Part shown: positions 1 through 7,354 of the stretch, one piece after another
Layout: the number at the start of each line of letters is the position of its first letter
Position numbering within the stretch: position 1 is the stretch's first letter
Origin: Pyrinomonadaceae bacterium
GTDB lineage: Bacteria; Acidobacteriota; Blastocatellia; Pyrinomonadales; Pyrinomonadaceae
DNA: 64,000 nucleotides
Reading direction: 5' to 3'
Assembly: GCA_046313635.1 (NCBI GenBank)
Contig: JBKBYA010000001.1
Coordinates: 588,340 to 652,339, forward strand
The notes under the pieces: model-generated
The model's input: only the letters and a program-made list of their open reading frames with translations
Databases searched by the model: none
What the model was told of the DNA's origin: nothing
Position numbers and translations under genes: made by a program

Positions 1-1216
1 GGGCCTTGGCGTTCTGTATCTTCTCCAGGACGTCGGCCGGCACGCCGGCCTTGCCGAGGTCGGTCAGCACGCGCTCGTTGATGCGAAACTCGCCGGCCGC
101 TAATTGGGCTGCGGTCTTCTGCATGCTCTCGCCGATCGTTGCGGCGTACCAAAGCACAAGGAAGGACAGTCCCGTCAGCGTCATTCCGATGGCCATCTTG
201 GTCGGCGTCGAAGGCTCCTTGCCCCGGCGGTCAAGGAAACCCCAAAACCAGACGAGCGGAAATGTAAGTATGAGTATCCAGATCGCATTGATCGAATTCG
301 AGATCGTGCCCGAGACGTTCCAGTCGGTGTTGTCGTCGGCCCAGTAGGTCAGCGTCGAGCCGTTCTGGTGAAACACCATCCAAAAGACAATGACGATCAG
401 GAATACGACGATGAGAGCCATGATCCGCCTGCCTTCGGGCACGGCGGCCATTCTCCGGGCGGCCTCGTCCTGACTGCTGATCGAATGCGGCGGCGCGTCG
501 ACGGCCGTTGCGGCGGCATCGGCAGGCTGATCGTCGGAATGCTCGGCGGCCACGACCTGATGCTTGCCGATCCTGAGCATCTTCTTGTCGGCGTCCATCA
601 CGAGGCTCTTCCAGTTCCACAGCACAAAGACCGAAATGACCATTCCGAATGCCGCGACGGCAAACGCGACGTGAAATCCGAAGTACGCCTTGACTATCTC
701 CATCACGATCGGGGCCAGTGCCGCACCGACGTTGATGCCCATGTAAAAGATGTTGTAGGCGCGGTCCTTGAGGTGGCTGCCTTCGGGGTAAAGGTTGCCG
801 ACCATGGTCGAGACGTTCGGTTTGAAAAAGCCGTTGCCGATGACGAGGAAGGTAAGCGCCAGATAGACGGCCCAGATGGCGGGTATCGAGAGCGTCGCGT
901 GACCGGCCATAAAGAAGAATCCGCCGATCATCACCGCCTTTCGATAGCCGGTCCACCTGTCGGCGATAAAGCCGCCGACCAGCGGGCTCAGGTACACGAA
1001 CATCAGGTACGTCGAATAAAGCCAGGTAGCTTCGGCTGCCGTCCAGCCGAAACCCTCGTTCGGGTCACGAAGGTAAAGCGTAAAAAGCGCGAGCATCGAG
1101 TAGAAGCTGAAACGCTCCCACATCTCGGTCGCAAAGAGAACATAAAGTCCTTTTGGATGACGCTCTCCGTGGCCGGTCAGCGGCACATCCCCCATTGTCC
1201 CAACTTTTGAGCTCAT
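1..1216 (-). CDS. POT/PTR family peptide:H+ symporter (MFS), 3' end outside the window
   Basis: Reverse strand from ATG at 1216 reads MSSKVGTMGDVPLTGHGERHPKGLYVLFATEMWERFSFYSM, containing the ExxERFxxY POT signature. A GNGFFKPN-type motif and hydrophobic helices follow. Missing from the ORF track because it runs off the edge. Confidence 0.92.
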   Translation of the reverse strand, partial: MSSKVGTMGDVPLTGHGERHPKGLYVLFATEMWERFSFYSMLALFTLYLRDPNEGFGWTAAEATWLYSTYLMFVYLSPLVGGFIADRWTGYRKAVMIGGFFFMAGHATLSIPAIWAVYLALTFLVIGNGFFKPNVSTMVGNLYPEGSHLKDRAYNIFYMGINVGAALAPIVMEIVKAYFGFHVAFAVAAFGMVISVFVLWNWKSLVMDADKKMLRIGKHQVVAAEHSDDQPADAAATAVDAPPHSISSQDEAARRMAAVPEGRRIMALIVVFLIVIVFWMVFHQNGSTLTYWADDNTDWNVSGTISNSINAIWILILTFPLVWFWGFLDRRGKEPSTPTKMAIGMTLTGLSFLVLWYAATIGESMQKTAAQLAAGEFRINERVLTDLGKAGVPADVLEKIQNAKA

Positions 1217-1388
1217 GTAGTTTTCCCCTAAATGTTTGAGTTTGGAAGAGATTTAGGCAAAATATAGCAGACTGCCGGTTGATTCAAAAGATTCGAGTCA
1301 AAAACTTAAGCAGCATCGGACGTCATCGCGGCGGCACGCGGCGGGGCAAATAGAGTTCAAACGAGCCGCGGCCGTCGGGCCGGTCGCG

Positions 1389-1601
1389 GTGGGCGCGATG
1401 GTCGGATCTGCGATGGCGGTCGGGATCGAGCTGTACGGCTGGCCCGAGAGCGTCTTTGACGAATACTCGCTCGGCATCTCGATCGTCGCGTGGGTGATCG
1501 CGCTCGCGTCGCTGCTGCTTCTTTTCAGGTTTCTCGACCGCGTGCCGCGAGCGGAGATCGCAGACGTCCCGCCGCCGCCGCAGTTTGGTGATGATCGATG
1601 A
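1389..1601 (+). CDS. small putative membrane protein (2 hydrophobic segments)
   Basis: 70 aa with two hydrophobic stretches; its stop overlaps the next start (ATGA at 1598-1601). Start uncertain. Confidence 0.45.
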   Translation: MGAMVGSAMAVGIELYGWPESVFDEYSLGISIVAWVIALASLLLLFRFLDRVPRAEIADVPPPPQFGDDR

Positions 1602-2893
1602 TCGAACTTTTTACACAACTTGGCGTCGAGATCGAAGACCGATGGCGGGCGATCGATTACGACGAGACGCGGTTTCCGGCTCTGGCGGCCGAGGCTCTGA
1701 GACAGGCCGAACTGCCCGCGAAGGTCTCGGCCTGGGACGTGCTCGAGTGGACGCTCGCGCAGAGAGAGCTGCCGCGGCAGATGGACGTACCGGCCCGCTT
1801 CGGCGATCCGCCGATCACGCTCTTTGTCGCGCCGCGATTTTATATCGACGTTTATTTTTGGTTTCAGGGCACGACGTCGGTGCACCAGCACGCCTTCTGC
1901 GGCGCATTTCAGGTGCTGCACGGGTCGAGCATTCACAGTTGGTACGAGTTCGAAGCTGACGAGTCGGTCAACGCGTTCATGGAGTTTGGTCGAATGGGCC
2001 TCAAGGTGTGCGAGCTGCTCGAGCGCGGCGACGTGCACGAGATCCGGGCCGGCCGGCAGTACATCCACTCGCTCTTTCACCTCGATCACCCGTCGGCGAC
2101 CATCGTCGTACGGACCGGTAAGAGCCCGCTCTTCCTGCCGCAGTACGATTATCACAAGCCGTGGATCGCGTCGGACCCCTTCTTTGAGCACGAAACGACG
2201 GTAAAGAAGCTGCAGACGATCTCTGCGGTGATGAGGTTCGACGCCGAACGTGCCGACGACGCGATCGTGCGGCTGCTCGCCGACAGCGACATTCACACGA
2301 CGTTCCTGCTCTTGTCGAATATCTATGGGCGCGTGGGCGGGTCGGGCTTGGGCGAGATGTTTGGGCTGGCGGCGCCGGGGCGCGGACGATTTCAAAGATT
2401 CCTCGACGCTGTGACAGAGCGGCACGGCCCGGAGCGCGCGGCAAAGCTGTCCGACGTCTTCAGGCATCGCGAGCGCATCGACGAGCTCATCGGCCGCCGC
2501 GCCGTCGTGACCGATCCGGAACATCGCTTCTTTCTGGCACTGCTGCTCAACGTCGAGGGCCGCGAGCGTATCTACTCGCTCATCCGAGAGCGCTTTGCCG
2601 ACGCCGACCCAGAGGAGAAGGTCCTCGACTGGTCGTTCGACCTCGCCCGCACGCGGATCAACGCCGTCGGCAGCCAAAACGCGCTCGGCATCGCGGATTT
2701 TGACGACTTTGATCTCTACGTGCTCGAGGCTCTCCTCGACGACAAGGACGAAGCCGTGATCGCCGGATCGATACGCGCTGAATATCCGCCCGAGAGGGCC
2801 GAAACGCTTTTGCCGCGTCTGAGCGAGCGGATCGCCGCGATCCGATCGTCGACCGCCTTCGCACCGCTGCTTGCCGGCCGCGACGCGTCGTGA
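1598..2893 (+). CDS. uncharacterised cupin-fold protein (thiol-dioxygenase-like 3-His motif) with helical C-terminal extension
   Basis: 431 aa. TTSVHQHAFCGAFQVLHG...QYIHSL matches the HxH...H cupin pattern. Confidence 0.7.
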   Translation: MIELFTQLGVEIEDRWRAIDYDETRFPALAAEALRQAELPAKVSAWDVLEWTLAQRELPRQMDVPARFGDPPITLFVAPRFYIDVYFWFQGTTSVHQHAFCGAFQVLHGSSIHSWYEFEADESVNAFMEFGRMGLKVCELLERGDVHEIRAGRQYIHSLFHLDHPSATIVVRTGKSPLFLPQYDYHKPWIASDPFFEHETTVKKLQTISAVMRFDAERADDAIVRLLADSDIHTTFLLLSNIYGRVGGSGLGEMFGLAAPGRGRFQRFLDAVTERHGPERAAKLSDVFRHRERIDELIGRRAVVTDPEHRFFLALLLNVEGRERIYSLIRERFADADPEEKVLDWSFDLARTRINAVGSQNALGIADFDDFDLYVLEALLDDKDEAVIAGSIRAEYPPERAETLLPRLSERIAAIRSSTAFAPLLAGRDAS

Positions 2894-2898
2894 ACCGT

Positions 2899-2927
2899 TT
2901 GCCGCCTATGATTCTTTCGACTAAACT
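2899..2927 (+). promoter_or_regulatory. sigma70-like promoter of the tRNA gene
   Basis: TTGCCG (2899-2904), 17-nt spacer, TAAACT (2922-2927), ending 11 nt before the tRNA. Confidence 0.55.
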
Positions 2928-2971
2928 TGTTTCATCGTGGCCCTGTAGCTCAATGGTCAGAGCAGCGGACT

Positions 2972-3588
2972 CGGGGACATGAGACCTAAGTGGAAAAGCC
3001 TGGGTTATGTGTTTCGGCGTGACAGTTCAGGCAGAGAAGTCTGCATTTGGCCGCTTCGGCGACCAGAGCATTCCATGATCTGTTTGAACATTGCCGAAGA
3101 TCGATCTGAAAGGACTTGTCGGACGGGTCGACGTGATGAAAGCATAGGGCCGCATGGTTTTTGCGGTAGCCGCATCGATCGCATCGACCTCCCTTCATCT
3201 CGCTCAATTCAGACCGTCGACATACGCCTCGCTGTTGTTGTGACGTGTAGTTCTGGAGCTTGTTATTTGTAAAGCTGTGCTTGCACCTTTGGGAGCAAAA
3301 TCGCTTTTGTCTCCCGGCGAGAGCAGAGCTGCACACCGCGCAGTAGTTTTCCATATGGTCTCTTGAAAATGGGTTGCTGAGATCGTGCAGCGCGATCTTA
3401 GTAGAATCTGTTAAATTCGGGGAAGCCTAAACGTCATTGCATCGACGCACGGTAATCCCGAGCCAAGCCCTCGGTCAATAGATCGTCGGAAGGTGTAGAG
3501 ACTTGACAGCAGACCTGCCCGCCAAGAGCAGGAAGAGAAAGTCCAGACCACAAACCCGAAAGGGGCGCCGAAAGGCGTAGATGGTAAG
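2972..3588 (+). ncRNA. group I self-splicing intron (IC3-like), 617 nt
   Basis: 5' exon ends in U2971 and the intron ends in G3588. Core elements: P2 hairpin 3377-3401; P AAATTCGGGGAA (3413-); Q AATCCCGAGC (3454-); R GTAGAGACT (3495-); S AAGAGAAAGTCC (3533-3544); P3 TCTGTT/AGCAGA; P8 CCTGC/GCAGG; two GAAA-tetraloop P9 hairpins; P9.0 ACCA/TGGT. Confidence 0.93.
2986..3354 (-). CDS. intron-encoded HNH endonuclease with N-terminal zinc finger (putative homing endonuclease)
   Basis: 122 aa. N-terminal CAVC...FCSQRC, then CDRCG...LCFHHVDP...CRLLCLNCHAETH (HNH/zinc motif). Lower GC than its neighbours; lies entirely inside the intron. Confidence 0.88.
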   Translation of the reverse strand: MENYCAVCSSALAGRQKRFCSQRCKHSFTNNKLQNYTSQQQRGVCRRSELSEMKGGRCDRCGYRKNHAALCFHHVDPSDKSFQIDLRQCSNRSWNALVAEAAKCRLLCLNCHAETHNPGFST

Positions 3589-3638
3589 CATAATCCGTTG
3601 GCTGTAGGTTCGAATCCTACCGGGGCCACCACACGAAT

Positions 3639-3772
3639 CGGAGCGCGGACACTCTTGTCCGCATGAGCGTCGCTACGACGCGAAGAAAAGACGCCGGAGA
3701 ATGAGCGAGTTCATTCTCCGGCGTTTTGTCTCCGTGCTTCGGGCTCATGCGGACGAGGGCGTCCGCGTTCCG
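3639..3772. repeat. REPIN-like inverted pair of 30-nt palindromic REP units (family A)
   Basis: 3639-3668 CGGAGCGCGGACACTCTTGTCCGCATGAGC matches the reverse complement of 3743-3772 (CGGAACGCGGACGCCCTCGTCCGCATGAGC) at 26/30. Confidence 0.75.
3684..3728. terminator. bidirectional intrinsic terminator between tRNA and ychF
   Basis: 14-bp stem ACGCCGGAGAATGA/TCATTCTCCGGCGT with A-rich and T-rich flanks. Confidence 0.7.
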
Positions 3773-4873
3773 TTAGACGTTGAAGCGGAAGTTGACGATA
3801 TCGCCTTCCTGCATCACGTACTCTTTGCCCTCGAGACGCATCAGGCCTTGTTCGCGGGCCGTCGCGTAGCTGCCGACGCGGACGAGGTCGTCGTACGAGA
3901 CGATCTCGGCGCGGATAAAGCCGCGTTCGATATCGGAGTGAATGACGCCCGCGGCCTTCGGCGCTTTTGTCTCCTGCGGGATCGTCCACGCGCGGACCTC
4001 TTTTTCGCCCGCGGTCAGGAACGACATCAGGCCGAGCATCTTGTACGCGGCCTTGATGAGGCGATCGACGCCGCTCGAGGCGAGTCCGAGATCTTTGAGG
4101 TAATCGGCACGCTCCGACGGGTCGAGCGCGACGAGCTCGGCCTCGAGCTTGGCGCAGATGACGACGACTTCGGCCTTTTCCGCTTCGGCGTGCTCGCGCA
4201 CTTTCTGAACGTGCGGGTTCGAGCCGGGATCGGCGAGCGAATCTTCGTCGACGTTCGCCGCGTAGATCGTCGGCTTGGTCGAGAGCAGGAACCAGCCTTT
4301 CACGATCGCGCGTTCGTCGTCGTCGAGATCGGCGGCGCGTGCCGGGCGGCCCTCTTCGAGAACGGGCAGGAGCTTTTCGATGATCTCGAGCTCACGCTTT
4401 GCGTCCTTGTCGCCCGACTTGGCCGCTCGCTGCGCCTTGTCGCGGCGGCGCTCGACGGAGCCGAGGTCGGCGAGAGCGAGCTCGATCTGGATCGTCTCGA
4501 TGTCGCGCACCGGGTTGACCGAGCCCTCGACGTGGACTATGTTCTCGTCCTCAAAGCAGCGTACGACCTGGATCACCGCATCGGTCTCGCGGATGTTGGC
4601 GAGAAACTGGTTGCCGAGCCCTTCGCCCTTCGACGCGCCTCGCACCAGACCCGCGATGTCGACAAACTCGACCGTCGCCGGCACGATCGTTTCGGTCTTG
4701 ACGATCTTTGCGAGCGGCTCAAGACGCTCGTCAGGGACGGCGACGACGCCGACGTTGGGCTCGATCGTCGCGAAAGGATAATTCGCGGCGAGCGCGGCCT
4801 CCTGCGCGGTGAGCGCGTTAAAGAGTGTCGATTTTCCTACGTTGGGCAGGCCAACAATTCCAGCTTGCAGCAT
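3773..4873 (-). CDS. ychF: redox-regulated ribosome-binding ATPase YchF
   Basis: GIVGLPNVGKST, NYPFATIEPN, DIAGLVRGASKGEGLGNQFL, C-terminal EGKEYVMQEGD. Confidence 0.98.
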   Translation of the reverse strand: MLQAGIVGLPNVGKSTLFNALTAQEAALAANYPFATIEPNVGVVAVPDERLEPLAKIVKTETIVPATVEFVDIAGLVRGASKGEGLGNQFLANIRETDAVIQVVRCFEDENIVHVEGSVNPVRDIETIQIELALADLGSVERRRDKAQRAAKSGDKDAKRELEIIEKLLPVLEEGRPARAADLDDDERAIVKGWFLLSTKPTIYAANVDEDSLADPGSNPHVQKVREHAEAEKAEVVVICAKLEAELVALDPSERADYLKDLGLASSGVDRLIKAAYKMLGLMSFLTAGEKEVRAWTIPQETKAPKAAGVIHSDIERGFIRAEIVSYDDLVRVGSYATAREQGLMRLEGKEYVMQEGDIVNFRFNV

Positions 4874-5024
4874 AGTGACGATTCAGAGCCCGAAAGCAAA
4901 ATCAAAATTCTACCCTTGCCGACGAAGAATTGCGAAAAACGGCGCGGGGCGGGAGTGCCCGGCACGCGCCGTCGGGGGCGTGCGAGTCGGAGGGGCGACC
5001 TTCCTTCGGCCGCCGCCTGGTCGC

Positions 5025-6683
5025 TTACGGCGTGCTGCAGATCACCGAGAGGACTCGTCCGTTTCCGCGATGCCCGGGTGCCGGGCCGTATCCCGGATCG
5101 ACGCGGACAAGCAATATCTTCCGGATATCGCCTGAGATAGAGCTGCCGTTCTTTTGAATGCTGCTCGAGACGATCACGGCGATGTCCTGCGGAAGCGTCG
5201 CGGGCGGTAAAGAGCTGTTGCCGGGCCGGCTCGTCCACGTGCCGCCGCACGTCGGCGTCGCGTTGCCGTCCTCAAAGCCCTTAAAGGCGCTCGGGCCCGG
5301 GCCGCCGCTCATCGGGTTGTTTCTGGCCCACTGGGCGCCCCAGAAATTGACCGTCGCGCCGACCGAATGATTGGCCAGGTTGCCGATGACAAACTTCCCG
5401 ACGACCGGGGCCGTTTCGCAGGCGTCGCCCGTTCCATTACGGTCCGAATCGGCCTGATCGGGATTTGGCGTGTTGACGCAGTTATCGCAGGCGTCGCCAA
5501 CGCCGTCACCGTCAGTATCGGTCTGGGTCGGGTTTGCTGTTGTGCGGCAATTGTCCGTTGTATCGGGCACGCCGTCGCAGTCCGTATCGAGCGTCCAGGT
5601 GATACTAATTTGGTTGGAGGTCCGGGTCATCGACTGCGAGTCTACATAGCTTGCCTGGATGACATCCGTGCCGCCCGAGCTGCTCGGGTAATTCAAGGTA
5701 GCGACACCGGTCGAATCCGTCGCCGCCGTTCCCAGCAGACCTGTGTTCGGGCCCGAGACGGCAGTGAAGGTGACCGCTCTGTTGGTCACGGGAACTCCAT
5801 TCTCGGTGACGGTCGCGGTGAGAGTCGCCGTCTGGCAGGTCGTCCGCGTAGTCGCATTCGCGGCGAGCTGGACCGTGCTGATAAAGACCCGCTGTCCGCC
5901 GATCGCCGACGGCATATTGGTGGTTGTGGTGGCATTGCGGGCGAGCACACTTAGAAACGATGGGAACGTGACGTACTCCTGATGCCAGCAGCAGACGTCG
6001 AGCGAGTCGGTAATACCGATCGCCAAACCCTCAGCCGTCGGTGTGATATTGTCGTAATCCGGGACGTCCTGAGTGACGAATGACCCGATCCCGCCCAGAT
6101 AGGCGTACGAATTTGTAAACTCGGACGAAAAACCGAGCAGCCCGCCGCCGTTATTTACAAATGCCGCAATGTCCGCTTGCCGGCCGCCGAGCGCATCGTT
6201 CTCAAGCTGGGTAAGTCCGCCCGAAGGGGTATTGCCGACGTCGCTGACGACCGCGATCATCCTGATCCCCGTCAGCGATTGCGACGTGATATTGGACGGC
6301 CCGTTTACGAATGTAACCGTAAAGGCAGGGCTGCCCGTGTCGATGGCCGTCCAAAACTGGGTGACATCATCGGAGGCTGACTTGCCGCCGCCGATAACCA
6401 GGACTCCCGAGCCGCCGTTGGTAGCGTTCGAATAGACGCTGTTGACGACCGCTATGTAGGTCGATATTGGGCCGTGAACTCCGGGCCCGCCGTCCTCGGC
6501 GTCGATTCCCATCAACACGACGGGGCCGCCGTCGCCCGGGGCGGCGGCAGTGGTAACGGTGATTGTACCCTCTGTAAAAAAGATCGGGCCGAGCGCCGCG
6601 GTGGCGAACAGGACCAACGAGACAATTGCAAGAATGGAGCGGCGAACGACATCCGCTCTCTCGGGGGAATATCCATAAGTCAT
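5025..6683 (-). CDS. secreted protein with Ig-like (Big-1-like) domain and thrombospondin type-3 Ca-binding repeats
   Basis: Start at 6683 after a GGAG RBS; signal-peptide-like stretch; TLTATVTENGVPVTNRAVTF..TDSTGVA (Big-1-like); DTDCDGVPDTTDNC...DTDGDGVGDACDNC (TSP3). Confidence 0.8.
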   Translation of the reverse strand: MTYGYSPERADVVRRSILAIVSLVLFATAALGPIFFTEGTITVTTAAAPGDGGPVVLMGIDAEDGGPGVHGPISTYIAVVNSVYSNATNGGSGVLVIGGGKSASDDVTQFWTAIDTGSPAFTVTFVNGPSNITSQSLTGIRMIAVVSDVGNTPSGGLTQLENDALGGRQADIAAFVNNGGGLLGFSSEFTNSYAYLGGIGSFVTQDVPDYDNITPTAEGLAIGITDSLDVCCWHQEYVTFPSFLSVLARNATTTTNMPSAIGGQRVFISTVQLAANATTRTTCQTATLTATVTENGVPVTNRAVTFTAVSGPNTGLLGTAATDSTGVATLNYPSSSGGTDVIQASYVDSQSMTRTSNQISITWTLDTDCDGVPDTTDNCRTTANPTQTDTDGDGVGDACDNCVNTPNPDQADSDRNGTGDACETAPVVGKFVIGNLANHSVGATVNFWGAQWARNNPMSGGPGPSAFKGFEDGNATPTCGGTWTSRPGNSSLPPATLPQDIAVIVSSSIQKNGSSISGDIRKILLVRVDPGYGPAPGHRGNGRVLSVICSTP

Positions 6684-7354
6684 TGTTTTTCTCCTGGGAA
6701 TAAAGTGCACGGACGCGGGCGATGCTGGTCCAAAGCGTGATCGGCAATCGGACCAGCTTTGCTTTGTCCGAGCGTGCATAAGCCAAAGCTGGAGGAGACC
6801 GGTTTCAGGTCACCGTTCTCCGGCTATCATGGAGTAACTCACCAGGACGGGGGACGAAAACAATCCGCTTCGCAGGCAAATCGCGGCTCCTCGCATCAAG
6901 GACTCCGCATCGGGGTAACTTACCGGCGAAGGGGCCAATATTGGTTTCCGACCACCGCGAGCAGGTGCTCCGGTGCGGAACTCCGAGTGTCAACGCCGCA
7001 TCCTGTCGCGGCGGTCTTGCAAATACCCGAACGTTAGGTTCGGGCAACGAAGTGGTTACGCCTTCGATGTGTGCCGTACACGTTACTACAACTATTCCCG
7101 AAGTCAATAGTTTTTTGATTCCGTGTCTACAAAGCTGTCCCGACAAGCGCGCGCGCCGATGATCTGAAAATCCAGAGCGTTTAACCCGATTTGAGGGACC
7201 GACGGGGCGGGGAGGCGTGAGGCCGACAATGAGTCGCTCCGCCGCAAATACGTGCGGCTCGACGGGTGACCATGGCTAAAGATCCTCAGCGAAAAACATA
7301 AAGTAGGAGCTGTGCGTCGACCCAGCCTCTTGAAGGAGAGTATTGGCAGGCGGT

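Larger units (their letters stand above)
2939..3631 (+). tRNA. tRNA(CAU), probably tRNA-Ile2 (lysidine), split by a group I intron; exons 2939-2971 and 3589-3631
   Basis: Joined exons give 76 nt: GGCCCTGTAGCTCAATGGTCAGAGCAGCGGACT|CATAATCCGTTGGCTGTAGGTTCGAATCCTACCGGGGCCACCA. Full cloverleaf, anticodon CAT, encoded CCA. C3-G70, C4-G69 and C5-G68 pairs as in Ile2; no fMet C1:A72 mismatch. Confidence 0.93.

Noticed and set aside
104..1210. Long plus-strand ORF and the many other long antisense ORFs (e.g. 3701-5140, 10347-11915, 24934-26199, 48527-49711)
   Set aside because: Typical high-GC antisense shadows of clearly identifiable genes on the opposite strand.
2981..3362. BsaI sites (GAGACC/GGTCTC) and an NdeI site (CATATG) flanking the HNH ORF, resembling a cloning scar
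   Set aside because: The two hexamers are the arms of the stem closing the P1-loop insertion, and there is no vector sequence. Natural RNA pairing is the simpler explanation.
2939..3631. tRNA disrupted by an integrative element, or a tRNA pseudogene
   Set aside because: No integrase and no duplicated att sequence. The halves join without loss or duplication at U/G group I boundaries.
3411..3632. 73-aa minus-strand ORF (also the 97-aa plus-strand ORF at 2979-3272)
   Set aside because: Shadows of the ribozyme core, the tRNA exon and the HNH gene.
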